In this document: positions 11,501-23,340 of the stretch, one piece after another
How positions within the stretch are numbered: position 1 is the stretch's first letter
How the letters are laid out: each line of letters begins with the position of its first letter
Assembly (NCBI GenBank): GCA_040954595.2
Contig: CM082596.2
Location: 10,716,354-10,780,353 of the forward strand
Reading direction: 5' to 3'
Length of the DNA stretch: 64,000 bases
Source of the DNA: Balanoglossus misakiensis
Taxonomy: Eukaryota > Animalia > Hemichordata
Notes under the pieces: model-generated
What the model saw: the letters and a program-made list of their open reading frames with translations, nothing else
The model's database searches: none
What the model was told of the DNA's origin: nothing
Translations under genes and position numbers: made by a program

Positions 11501-14500
11501 CTGTTATTTAAAATTACTAATGGAAAGGTTACATTGAATATGGGTAAATGGTGAAGCAAGCTTGAAGATGCATCAGGGTAGATGGTGTTTCAAGCCCTTC
11601 ACATTGACATTGGAATATAATGCATATGGGGATTTAAAATTGATTGTAAATCCCTAGGTTAATACGTGGCCAAAAGCAATTTTATTTGACATTGCTAATG
11701 CAAAGATGACATTGAATCCGATTATTTGTATCAGGGTAAATGGCGATGCAAGCTTGATGATGCATCACGGTAGATAGTGATGCAAACACTTCACTTTGAC
11801 ATGGGCATTAAATGCATATGGGGATTTCAAGTTGTTTACAAATCCCTGGGTTAATACGCGTCCAAAAGCACTGTAATTTGACATTGCTAATGCGATGTTG
11901 ACATTGAATGTAATTCTCTGCATTAGGGCAAATGGCAAAGCAAGCTTAATGATGCAATGGAGTAGACGGTGATGCAAGCTATGCATTTTGACATAGGTAT
12001 TTAATGCATGTGCATGGGTATTTAATGTTGAATGTAAATTCCCAGGTTAATACATCTCCAAAAGCACTGTAATTTAAAATTGCTAATGTAAGGGTGACAT
12101 TGAATCTGATTCTTTGCATTATGGGAAATGGCGTAGCAAGCCTAATGATCCATCTGAGTAGATGGTGATGCAAGCTAAGCATTTTGATATAGGTACTAAA
12201 TGTATATACATGGGTATTTAAAGTTGTCTGTAAATCCCCAGGTTAATACTTGGCAAAAAGCAATTTTATTTGACATTGCTAATGAAATGGTGACACTGAA
12301 TCTGATTCTTTGCATCAGGGTAAATGGCGATGCAAGCTTGATGATGCATCCCGGTAGATAGTGATGCAAACACTTCACTGTGACATGGGTATTAAATGCA
12401 TATGGGGATTAAAAGTTGACTGAAAATCCCTGGGTTAATACAAGTCCAAAAGCACTGAAATTTGACATAGCTAATACAATGGTGACATTGAATGTGATTC
12501 TTTGCATTAGGGGAAATGGTGTAGCAAACCTAATGATGCATCAGTGTAGATGGTGATCCAAGCTATGCTATTTGACATAGGTATTTAATGCATGTGCATG
12601 GGTATTTAATGTTGACTGTAAATCCCTGGGTTAATACAAATCCAAAAGCACTGTAATTTGACATTGCTAATAGAACGGTGTCATTTAATCTGATTCTTTG
12701 CATCAGGGCAAATTGCGAAGCAGGCTTAATGATGCATCGGAGTATATGGTGATGCAAGCTATGCACTTTGACATACGTATTTAATGCATATGCATTGGTA
12801 TTTAATGTTGACTGTAAATCCCCAGGTTAATACGTGGCCAAAAGCACTGTAATTTGACATTGCTAATGCTACCGTGACAGTAAATCTGATTCTTTGCATT
12901 AGGGTAAATTGTGAAGCAAGCTTGATGATGCATCAGGATAGATGGTGTTTTAAGCCCCTCACATTGACATTGGAATATAACGCATATGGGGATTTAAAGT
13001 TAATTGTAAATACCCAGGTTAATACATGGCCAAAAGCACTGTAATTTAAAATTGCTAATGCAATGGTGACATTGAATGTGATTCTTTGCAGTAGGGGAAC
13101 TGGCGTAGTAATCCTAATAGTGTATCAGAGTAGATGGTGATGCAAGCTCTGCACTTTGACATAGGTATTTAATGCATATGCATGTGTATTTAATGTTGAC
13201 TATAAATCCTCAGGTGAATACATGGCCATAAACACTATAATTTGACATTGCTAATGAAATGGTGACACTGAATCTGATTCTTTGCATCAGGGCATATTGT
13301 GAAGCATGCTTGTTGATGCATTAGGGTCAATAGTGATGGAAACACTGCACTATGACATGGGTATTTAATGCATACGCATTGATATTTACAGTTGACTCTA
13401 AATCCCGAGGTTTATACTTGGCTAAAAGCGCTGTAATTTAAAATTACTAATGCAAAGGTTACATTGAATATGGGTAAATGGTGAAGCAAGCTTGAAGATG
13501 CATCAGGGTAGCTGGTGTTTCAAGCCCTTCACATTGACATTGGAATATAATGCATATGGGGATTTAAAATTGATTGTAAATCCCTAGGTTAATACATGGC
13601 CAAAAGCACTGTAATTTAAAATTGCTAATGCAATGGTGACATTGAATGTGATTCTTTGCATCAGGGCATATTGTGAAGCATGCTTGATGATGCATTAGGG
13701 TCAATAGTGATGGAAACACTGCACTATGACATGGGTATTTAATGCATACGCATTGATATTTACAGTTGACTCTTAATCCCGAGGTTAATACATGGCTAAA
13801 AGCACTGTAATTTAAAATTACTAATGCAAAGGTTACATTGAATATGGGTAAATGGTGAAGCAAGCTTGAAGATGCATCAGGGTAGATGGTGTTTCAAGCC
13901 CTTCACATTGACATTGGAATATAATGCATATGGGGATTTAAAATTGATTGTAAATCCCTAGGTTAATACGTGGCCAAAAGCAATTTTATTTGACATTGCT
14001 AATGCAACGATGACATTGAATCCGATTATTTGTATCAGGGTAAATGGCGATGCAAGCTTGATGATGCATCACGGTAGATAGTGATGCAAACACTTCACTT
14101 TGACATGGGCATTAAATGCATATGGGGATTTCAAGTTGTTTACAAATCCCTGGGTTAATACGCGTCCAAAAGCACTGTAATTTGACATTGCTAATGCGAT
14201 GTTAACATTGAATGTAATTCTCCGCATTAGGGCAAATGGCAAAGCAAGCTTAATGATGCAATGGAGTAGACGGTGATGCAAGCTATGCATTTCGACATAG
14301 GTATTTAATGCATGTGCTTGGGTATTTAATGTTGAATGTAAATTCCCAGGTTAATACATCTCCAAAAGCACTGTAATTTAAAATTGCTAATGTAAGGGTG
14401 ACATTGAATCTGATTCTTTGCATTATGGGAAATGGCGTAGCAAGCCTAATGATCCATCTGAGTAGATGGTGATGCAAGCTAAGCATTTTGATATAGGTAC

Positions 14501-15137
14501 TAAATGTATATACATGGGTATTTAAAGTTGTCTGTAAATCCTCAGGTTAATACTTGGCAAAAAGAAATTTTATTTTACATTGCTAATGAAATGGTGACAC
14601 TGAATCTGATTCTTTGCATCAGGGTAAATGGCGATGCAAGCTTGATGATGCATCCCGGTAGATAGTGATGCAAACACTTCACTTTGACATGGGTATTAAA
14701 TGCATATGGGGATTAAAAGTTGACTGAAAATCCCTAGGTTAATACAAGTCCAAAAGCACTGAAATTTGACATAGCTAATACAATGGTGACATTGAATGTG
14801 ATTCTTTGCATTAGGGGAAATGGCGTAGCAAGCCTAATGATGCATCAGTGTAGATGGTGATCCAAGCTCTGCGCTTTGGCATACGTATTTAATGCATGTG
14901 CATGGTATTTAATGTTGAATGTAAATTCCCAGGTTAATATATGCATGGGTATTTAATGTTGACTGTAAATCCCTAGGTTAATACATGGCCATAAGTACTG
15001 TAAGGGGTAGATGGTGATGCAAGCTCTGCACTTTGACATGGGGATTAAATGCATGCTGAGGGGGATTTTAAGTTGTCTGTAAATCCCCAGGTTGATATGT
15101 GGCCAAAAGCACTGTAATTTGACATTGCTAATGATGG
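5553..15137 (+). repeat. Satellite A: tandem array of 177-196 bp monomers (about 43-44 monomers excluding the insertion) with higher-order repeats
   Basis: The anchor CCAAAAGCACTGTAATTTGACATTGCTAATG recurs at 5628, 5824, 6016, 6212, 6408, 6585, 6777, 6968, 7164 and onward, with spacings of 196, 192 and 177-178. Near-identical ORF-track peptides recur at offsets of 958, 1332 and 2304 bp. Confidence 0.95.
7181..8452 (+). mobile_element. HINE/DINE-1-like element copy 2, inserted into satellite A
   Basis: Collinear with and highly similar to 1549-2813. Removing it restores the monomer CACTATAATT|TGACATTGCTAATGAAATGG, and the matching empty site is at ~13233-13265. Insertion is between T residues. 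Confidence 0.9.
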
Positions 15138-15270
15138 TGAGCTGTACTCCCCAGGGAGTTGAATGGAATGTTTAGGTCCAACGACCTAGGTCAAATGACC
15201 ATGGGACAACTTTAAAGCATGTTGAGATTTAATGTGCTACATAAGTTATAAATATTATATTAATATTATT
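15138..15270 (+). mobile_element. 3' fragment of the tRNA-SINE fused to the end of satellite A
   Basis: Matches 18563-18710 (GTGAGCTG...CTCCC...GGAGT.GAATGGAAT...TTTAGGTCCAACGACCTAGGTCAAAT.ACCATGGGA...TTGAGATTT...AATGTGCTA.ATAAGT.ATAAATATTATA). Confidence 0.7.
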
Positions 15271-15930
15271 ACATAAACAACACTCTTACCTAGCTAAGGA
15301 AGTGGTCAGGTGAAAAATATTTGCAGAGCTGACCAATTATTTAAGGAATATTAAAGTTGGGTAATTTGGACGTATTCATACGGGTGTTGGTCAATGGAAA
15401 GTCCTTTGTTCATTTTCAAAATGGCAACCAAAAATGCGAACAAAACACACTGAATTATGTACGGGATATTGGTGTTGCCTAATTTGCGTGTTTCCACATT
15501 TACTTAAACTCTCACAGGGAGACAAATGTCACAGCAAACGGAAAAATGACTATGCTACACACAACACTTTTATTGATCATGGAAAATGTTCATGAGAATT
15601 GTGTTATGGTACTTTTCGGGGCTCACGACCTGTGTTATAGGAAATCTGACAAGGAATCCAAACTGTACCACATACACAACACTTTAATTAAGCATGGGAA
15701 ATGGTCCTGAGAACAATATTCTCAGAGTTGACAAACTGTGTTATCTGCGTTATATTGATGTTGTCTAATTTACACGCCTGTACATTTATTTATACTCTGA
15801 CTTTGAGCTTAATAAGGCAGCGCCTGCTAAGGTCAATTTGCCACGTACACTTTTAATTAGCATAGATAATGATCATGATAACTTCATTTTCAGAGCTGAC
15901 AAACTGTGTTATGTGAAATTCATGTTGCCT
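15270..15930 (+). repeat. Degenerate tandem repeat Y; its 5' part is duplicated at 18710-18787 and 19370-19655
   Basis: Recurring motif CAACACTYTTA...CATGG.AAATG.TC.TGAGAA...CAGAG.TGACAAACTGTGTTAT at ~15278, 15560, 15675 and 15847. Confidence 0.55.
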
Positions 15931-15939
15931 ATTTCATGA

Positions 15940-16573
15940 TAATGGCTTGTGGTACACAAGGGTTAACAGCAATCAGCAATTGCTTGTATGATAGGTATAA
16001 TGATCGATTTACAAATTTCAATGGTATAATAATGGGCAACACATGTGGAAGTGTTTAATAAACAGTTAACTGATGTGGTGATGGTTTGTGGTAAAATTGA
16101 GGGTACACAGATTATAATGGGCAAAACAATGAATATAATAGAGGTTGATGATGGTGAATGGTTTCATATGAATGGTGTAATAAAGGTTAACAAATGTGGT
16201 GATAGCTTTGGTGTACAGGGCTGTTCATATCTTTAGTAATGACAAAGGTATAATAGTGATAAAAGCTTAAATAAGTGTTAGGGCACAATCTTCATGATGG
16301 TTCATTCATTGGTTAATGTGTATATTTTATTAATATCATGCTATTGTTTATCAGTTAGATCATAATCAGGGTTTTTCCATGCACATAGTCATCATGAATC
16401 AGCGGAATTCTTCTGAATAGTACCTGTGATCATTTTTGCGCACCGACGCATTGTACGCGACAGACATGCAGAAAATATTAACATGTAACTCACAGGCATA
16501 GTGTTAAATCTAAACGACTATATGTTAGATAAGCTTTACCTCCCCACCCCATCAAAATTCCAAATTTAGCTTG
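15940..16573 (+). repeat. Dispersed repeat X, copy 2
   Basis: Direct diverged copy of ~4000-4826, offset ~11.7 kb. Confidence 0.75.
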
Positions 16574-17049
16574 ATGTGACGTTTTCGGGTAGTACCAATT
16601 CGGAAACTTTCATGGTTCATTCATTGAACCAAATATTGGATTTGACACACTGTGTCTTGGGTGGGTAAAGCATGGTGAAATGTTGGCAGTAAACTTTAAC
16701 CAGACAGGTCACATGAAAGGAAGATTTTATCATTTGAGTTCGATGGCATACATGATAAGATATGTCAGTTCTGACACCTTTTTTGCAGACGTAGATGCTG
16801 ATGTATTTTTTCCAATGGACACAATACTCAAAGTCCAGTCTGTGTTTAAAATGATACCCTGGTCACACACAGTGAGAAATGTCAGCCTTTGACTTAATTA
16901 TCTAATTTATGCATCGTTAACAATGCACTGTGACATTTACTGCATGTATTTTTCCCCCTGTGGAAACTTACTATGCTTTGAATACATGTTCCCTAATGGG
17001 GTGTTAAAGGATACAGTAGGATCTGTTTTGGTAGCAAATATGACACTGT

Positions 17050-17590
17050 TTTCAACATATTTGACTGGTGGCAATATGTGGTTTTACGTTGGTATCCATC
17101 ATGTAACTCAGATCACCTATATGAAGCTCCATAGTAAATTTCACAGAAGTCGGCTGATCAATTCCAGAAAAGTAGATTTTTTACCAAAAATGTGGAAAAA
17201 GACAAAAAAATGCATAACAAGTAGAAAATTCACACTATTAGCTTAAAACATACAGAAATGTGTGAGGCTAATATAAGGTACTATCATACCATTTTTTCAA
17301 ATCAATATGACCAGGACTTGTCGAGTTTCTGAGTTTTGACCAAATTAAGGTTTTCCCAGCTAATTTGTATATATTTTTGGCAGTGACAACTTCGTTTGAA
17401 CAAACTCCCATCTACAGCCTAGCATGCATCTACACACCAAATATCGAGGTTATTGGCGCAACGGTTTTCAAGTTTTTGATGTGTACGAACATACATCCAT
17501 CTATCCGTCCATATGTCCATACATACATACAGACGCAACCAAATCCATAAGGTCCCACTGTATATACCTATACAAATGGGACCAAATAAA
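17050..17590 (-). mobile_element. 5' portion of a second HINE/DINE-1-like family on the minus strand (left boundary uncertain)
   Basis: Terminal hairpin GGTCCCActGTATA-tacc-TATACaaaTGGGACC (17551-17583) next to an A-run. It is preceded by a (CATA/CATC/CGTC)n tetranucleotide microsatellite at ~17488-17535, the usual layout of DINE-1-like 5' ends. No matching 3' end was found. Confidence 0.55.
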
Positions 17591-18357
17591 ACACACAAAA
17601 AATAACACTTAACATCTTACAGTGCAGGGCCTTGCTAGTTGATGTGGTACAATTCTATCATATCACTTCACAGCTGGTAGCCAAGGGCAGTGTTTGCACA
17701 GAGGAGCCTCCTGAATGTCTTCGCTCGTTCACACCTCTTCAGTGATAATGTCTGGATTACATTGACATGAAACTGTTTGTTCAGTAGTGTTTCAACTGCC
17801 AGCTACCTGGGTTCATTTTACACCCAAACACTGAAAATATTGTAGCAGTCAATAATATAACCTACACACTGTGTGAAATTCACCATGTTCTTAAGTAATG
17901 TTGATGTCTAATGTGCATTGTGACTTACAGGGCATGCACGGCTAAAGCTTGTCGAAAGTTGACAAAGCAAAAGACCAGACCAGTTGCCTGTTTTAAAATG
18001 TGCTTCATTCCAAGGACCTTGGCGATGAGTCATGAATTGGGGAACGTTCATGAGACCCATTTTTTTTCACTGGACCAGCACATTTAATGATATGACCATG
18101 AAATTGAACTGTTCCCAGGAGCTACTGAGAGTTGCCTTGTTTCACCCCCAAGTTACTACCTGGGGTTTTTACAATGTCGACAGTAGTTCCAAAAAAAACG
18201 TTGTACTTTTATGAATAATCGATTAGGGTAGATTTATTCATGGTAGTAAAACTTTTTGGCCTGCAGTTGCCAAACAAAGACAATTACAAGTAAGGGACTG
18301 GACGTAAACTACCAGGGGGAGCGCAGGGGAATTGACGAAAGCGATGGCCTCAAATTA

Positions 18358-18710
18358 ATGTCATAGTCCAGTGGTTAGAGCATCAGACCCATAATCAAAG
18401 AATCAAGAGTTTGATCCCTGGCATGGTTGTGGTGTTGTGTCCTCTAGCAAGGCAATTTACATCTCCTTGCCTCTCCCCGCCTATAAGAAAAGGGTAATTT
18501 GGTGGATCGGATATTGTAATGTGTATGTATAGGTCTGCTTTGCTGATATAAAAGCTGCACATGTGAGCTGTTGTTTGCTCCCCATGGAGTGGAATGGAAT
18601 ATTTTAGGTCCAACGACCTAGGTCAAATTACCATGGGAAACACTTCAAAGCAGCACATTGAGATTTATTGCATAATGTGCTATATAAGTAATAAATATTA
18701 TATTGATATT
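18358..18710 (+). mobile_element. tRNA-derived SINE, approximately full length and diverged
   Basis: Pol III A-box-like TAGTCCAGTGG (~18364) and B-box-like GAGTTTGATCCC (~18407). Central GTGTTGTGTCCTCTAGCAAGGCAATTTAC resembles the CORE/V-type SINE domain. LINE-like tail AAAGCAGCACATTGAG...GTGCTATATAAGT ends in (TAT)n-like repeats. Confidence 0.65.
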
Positions 18711-18787
18711 ATTACATAAACAACACTCTTACATAGCAAAGGAAGTGGTCAGGTGAACTATATTCGCAGAGCTGACCAATTGTTTAA

Positions 18788-19130
18788 AGGGGCAAAGTCT
18801 CTCATCGCTGCCTTTTTTCAATTAATTATGTATGATACAATACGCCATTGATGTTATTCTACATGTGGATATATGGTGAATCAACATTCGACCACACACA
18901 ACTTCCGTCTCGTTTGTACGATATGAGAGTAAAAACTCGCCCAAAATGAATAAATGGTAAAGAACGATTATTCATTTTGGCGAGTTTTTCACTCTCCTGT
19001 CTATAAGAGGGATGGAAGTTGTGTGTGGTTGAACGTTCATTCGCTATATATCCACATGTAGAATAACAAACGGTGTCTCTTATCAAATATAATATGGGAA
19101 AAAGGGCAGCGAGAGAGAGACTTTGTCCCT
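18788..19130. mobile_element. Fully palindromic 343-bp MITE inserted at TTAA (Kolobok/T2-like AGG termini)
   Basis: Ends AGGGGCAAAGTCTCTC...GAGAGACTTTGTCCCT. Inner arms TGTTATTCTACATGTGGATATAT/ATATATCCACATGTAGAATAACA and AAAAACTCGCCCAAAATGAATAA/TTATTCATTTTGGCGAGTTTTT. Left TTAA at 18784-18787; empty paralogous sites at ~15341 and 19441. Confidence 0.85.
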
Positions 19131-19655
19131 CACATGGGGATTAAATGCATATGCGTGTGTATTTAAAGTTAACTGTAAATCCCCAGGTTAATACGTGGCC
19201 AAAAGCACTGTAATTTGGCATTTCTAATGATGGTGAGATGTTGTTTGCTCCCCAGGGAGTTGAATGGAATATTTAGGTCCAACATCCTAGCTCAAATGAC
19301 CATGGGACAACTTAAAGCACGTTGAGATTTAATGTGCTACATAAGTTATAAATATTATAAAAATATTATTACATAAACAACACTCTTCCTTAGCAAAGGA
19401 AGTGGTCAGGTGAAATATATTCGCAGAGCTGACCAATTCTTTAAGGAAAATTAAAGTTGGGTAATTTGGATGTATTCATACGAGTGTTGGTCAATGATAG
19501 GAAAGTCCTTTGTTCATTTTCAAAATGAAAACCAAAAATGCAAACAAAACACACTGAATTACGTATGGGATATTGATGTTGCCTAATTTGCGTGACTCTA
19601 CATTTACTCTCACAGGGAGACAAATGTCACAGCAAACGGAAAAATGATTATGCTA
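19131..19655 (+). repeat. Duplicate of ~15036-15556 (partial satellite A monomer, SINE tail and repeat Y)
   Basis: Collinear match from CATGGGGATTAAATGCAT through CTCTCACAGGGAGACAAATGTCACAGCAAACGGAAAAATGA.TATGCTA. Confidence 0.85.
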
Positions 19656-21267
19656 AGCAATACGCCAACCTTTAAAATATTACTTTAGAAAGTTTGTATT
19701 CATACTTTCTTCAAGTTGTCATAACGCTACCCCGAAATGTGTTTAAGTATTGCCTTTGTATTAATGGGCTAGATTCATGGCGTTATATGTCATAAATTAA
19801 AAAGCCAACCCTTATTGATTTTGATAATATTTATGTCGGAGAATCCACAATGAAAAATATGTATTTCAATTTCATAACTCAAAATGATTTTCAAATCCAT
19901 GACCTTATTTTCAACTCCAGTGATCGTACATCCTGAACCTTGTGCCAGTAAATGATTGGCCATTACAGGGTTAATGGGCACTCTCCCGTTCTCTTCCTCC
20001 GCAGTTTCATTCATGTTCTTGTTTGACGGAAATGGGTGTGACCAGACGCTTGAATGTTTTCATGTGGGTGTCGTTGTTCATCGGGATCGGTCTCCTGGTG
20101 TGTCTGTACAGGTACGCAAGGAGAAACTGCCCACAAGAAGCTGCGAGTGAAACTATTTAAGGTAGTATGTGCCTCGCGGTCCGAGATTCAGACAAATGAT
20201 AGTCCTCAAAACTTTTTCAAGTCTTTGATTTACTAAAGTGTATGGTGAGTCTCTTTGAAAACAACAAAAACATTACTCACCATATTGTTATTTTTTTGAA
20301 AGTTTAAAATGAAGTTGACAATGTACCAAACAGATTCTATTTATTTCTTCATGACCATGTTCACCCCAAGGTCATATGGACCTGCAAGTATATGCCAGAG
20401 CCAGAGTCGACATTACCGAAGCCAGAGTTCAAAGCTTGCAGGTCACCCCTTGCCAGCTCATGTCTAGCTAAACTGCCATGGATGCCAAGAGATATAGGAC
20501 TACAGTAACCTGTAGATGGTTTCAGTATGTTTGAAGAAAGTGGTGGCGCACTTTTGGCTACATTTGAAATGGCTATGGTACCAGTGGTTGAATTTGCAAA
20601 GGTGACCTTTGACCTGGCATCATTAAAGATATTAAAGAACGATTGAACATTCCTTGTTGTCGTAAAATGACATCTGTAATAACTTATATTTTATCTGTTC
20701 ATCTTGAAGTACTATATATTTAAACGCCAATTTTCTATTGCCAATCAATTTTTACAAATAAATTGTAATATGCATGTTGATTTTACAAAAACTCCTTACT
20801 TCAAAGTGAATTCTGTTACACATCACGTAAATATTTTCCCCACGAATTCTTCAGTTGCTGACTCGGAAATTTCATATATTGGGCAGAAATTGGATACATT
20901 ACCGAGCCATTAAAATTACAGTTTTCTATTTTAATTGATCTTCCATAACTTCAAGTACTTTGATTTGACATAAATTAAAAACATCATGGTGAATAAATAA
21001 AAAATCTTTGATTATCTAATTGTGCATGTTTACATGGTTTTATTTTAGTATGCTGGGTACTTAATGTCTAATTGCTCGCTGATTTTATACTGTTCAAGAT
21101 GACAATCTAATTTTAGTTTTCAGCTGATAATGGAAATCACTGATTAAAAAAATTGAATTTTGTCATGAATAAACTTGTTGTTCATGGCAGTTGCTGTATT
21201 TTGTTTCATGTTTATTCAATTTTTGCAAGAATACCATTGAGCACAGTTTGATTTGATTTAACACGTT

Positions 21268-23041
21268 TATCGGAAAATTTTGTCATTTGAAATATCTGTT
21301 TTTGCGCCCTCTACCATTTGACCAAATGATTCTCTTATTTTGGTGGCCTTTGTCCGTGTATATGAGAATACTATAGTACTCTCGCATCGATGATAGTAGA
21401 AGTTGAAAACGTCTCTTGCCACGTGGCCTAGAAGAGAGGTGATCTTTAGAGTAAAATAAAACAAACTATCCAGATAGGAAGCTAGAAAAGAAGTTGAATC
21501 GTTGAAATTTTATTTATTTTTATATTGTTAATATCGTTGGTGATGTTGACTGGCCGACAATCTTTGTCACACCAGTATTTGCAGGTAGATTAAAACATTG
21601 CCTATTCCAGCAATAATCACAACAGTCTTACTTTTTCTATCTTTGTAAGCGTTAATCTTTATTGACCTCGCTTGTTGTTTTGTGTTTTTGTGTTGTTTTT
21701 GTTTTTGTTTTGTTTTTTTAGTAGTTTCATAATTTTATTTGTATTTTTAAAATGTTTTCCTGTTTTTTGTTTACTTTTTTATTAATTTTTTGCGTAATTT
21801 CAGGTGTAGTGACACCGTGTATTGTCATGTTAATGAATAGGGCTTCGTTAGCTAAGTTTCGTGTAGTAAGAGAGCACACTTCAATTGAGGTCTTGAAGGG
21901 AGCAACAAGTCGGGTCTCCCTGCTCAGTGAGTAGAAATACTAGGAGAAATATTGCACCATACCTTGCTGTGTCCATGTAATGCTGTAGCGCGCATTAGTG
22001 CTCTCAGGACCACTGTTTCTGCAATTCGAGTGGAAGTAAATTCAGTACTTCTAGAAAGCAGAATTGTGCTTATTCAGTGCAAACCGGTGTGGTCGGGCGA
22101 TTGGCGTGGCTGGCATGGTCGTATGTGGTGTGGCTGGAAATTGCTCCAAGCAGAGTTCTGTGGAACCATCCTATAGACCCGGTATTGCTGAGCATGAAGT
22201 GTGGTGAAGAATTCTCGTGTAAGTAATGTATTTGTTTATTTATTTACTATAACTTAAATTTATATTTTATGGATATTTATGTCAAATTCGACAATTTGTA
22301 AGTAATAGGACGGTCATAGTTAAAGCATAATTTTCCATGATATCACATGTAATCATGACGCTTTAACTAGTCCAAATTTCTGATAATTATTATTGAGAAA
22401 CGTCAGTATTCATTTGTGAACAGTTGCTAAGGTGGACATTTCAGTCAATGTTTGTTGATTTTTCATTCAGCCATTTAACCCAAGACTTGCATCTAACAAG
22501 TCAGTCTTCAGTGTGTTTACTTGACTACTGGAGGACTACAAGTGGTAGAAAACATGGTGTATCACAGATTGTATGTGTAATGTGGATCATCGCTACATCG
22601 TTCATCTATACAGGACTCCATCCCATATTGTGGTTGAATCATGATTGTTTACTATGAATGTTATATACAGCTAAGTGACACTTACCATTGTTTAGACAAT
22701 ATGCAATAGACAATAAACTATAGTGATATTGTGAATATATTCATTTAAGTAATATATTAAGTAACACATTGTATTGTATGACCAATTGTATCAGCATACC
22801 TGTACCTGCTAAATTGGTTAGGACAGAGACATTTGATATTGTGCATATTGTGCACAAAAATTATATTCCTAGTATTATCTTTATATTATTTAATTGATTT
22901 AAATTAAATCAACTGTATTATTGTATCCGCACTGGTTTGTGTAGTTTCTCCCCATACCTTATCCACGGATGTTTACTCCTTGGCACTGAGAGCTGCTCAA
23001 TATTTATCCTGGAATCAGAGGGGTGCCCTCCACCTCTGACA
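21268..23041 (+). mobile_element. Putative 5' LTR of the Gmr1-like element (3' end firm, 5' start uncertain)
   Basis: Ends ...CTCTGACA at 23041, two bases before the PBS. Candidate starts are TATCGGA at 21268 or TGTCA at 21281. There is no second LTR in the window to confirm the length. Confidence 0.4.
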
Positions 23042-23043
23042 TT

Positions 23044-23060
23044 TGGGGGCTCGTCCGGGA
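23044..23060 (+). promoter_or_regulatory. Primer-binding site complementary to the tRNA-Pro 3' end
   Basis: TGGGGGCTCGTCCGGGA matches the first 17 nt of the canonical 18-nt tRNA-Pro PBS TGGGGGCTCGTCCGGGAT. It is preceded by CA-TT and lies ~300 bp upstream of gag. Confidence 0.9.
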
Positions 23061-23340
23061 GTTTTATCGTTTTGTTGTGCATTTGTTTGTATACTATCAT
23101 AAATTGTTGCCATATAGTGGAGACCATGGTTTTGATAGGTAGAGATTCTGCAAATTGTGAAGACGGTGCTGGGTCTGTAGGCTGGTACTGTTACTGTATG
23201 TGCGCTTGTGGTTTCCTGCTATATAATATGGGCCGTGTTGGTTTGCGTCGTGCGTTTGGCTGTGTTGACTTGTGCTGAATGCCCTGTACTGCTAGGGGTT
23301 GTCAAACTGGGGGTTGTAAATCGCGATACAGCAAAGCATA

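Noticed and set aside
5640-14486. Recurring Cys/His-rich minus-strand ORFs
   Set aside because: They are translations of satellite A higher-order repeats and were used only as offset markers.
18358-18430. tRNA gene
   Set aside because: A and B boxes are present, but there is no convincing acceptor stem and the sequence runs into a SINE body and tail.
19790-20236. GC-richer stretch with short ORFs on both strands, possible exon or TE coding remnant
   Set aside because: The frames examined contain stops and no recognisable motif. A BLASTX search would be needed.
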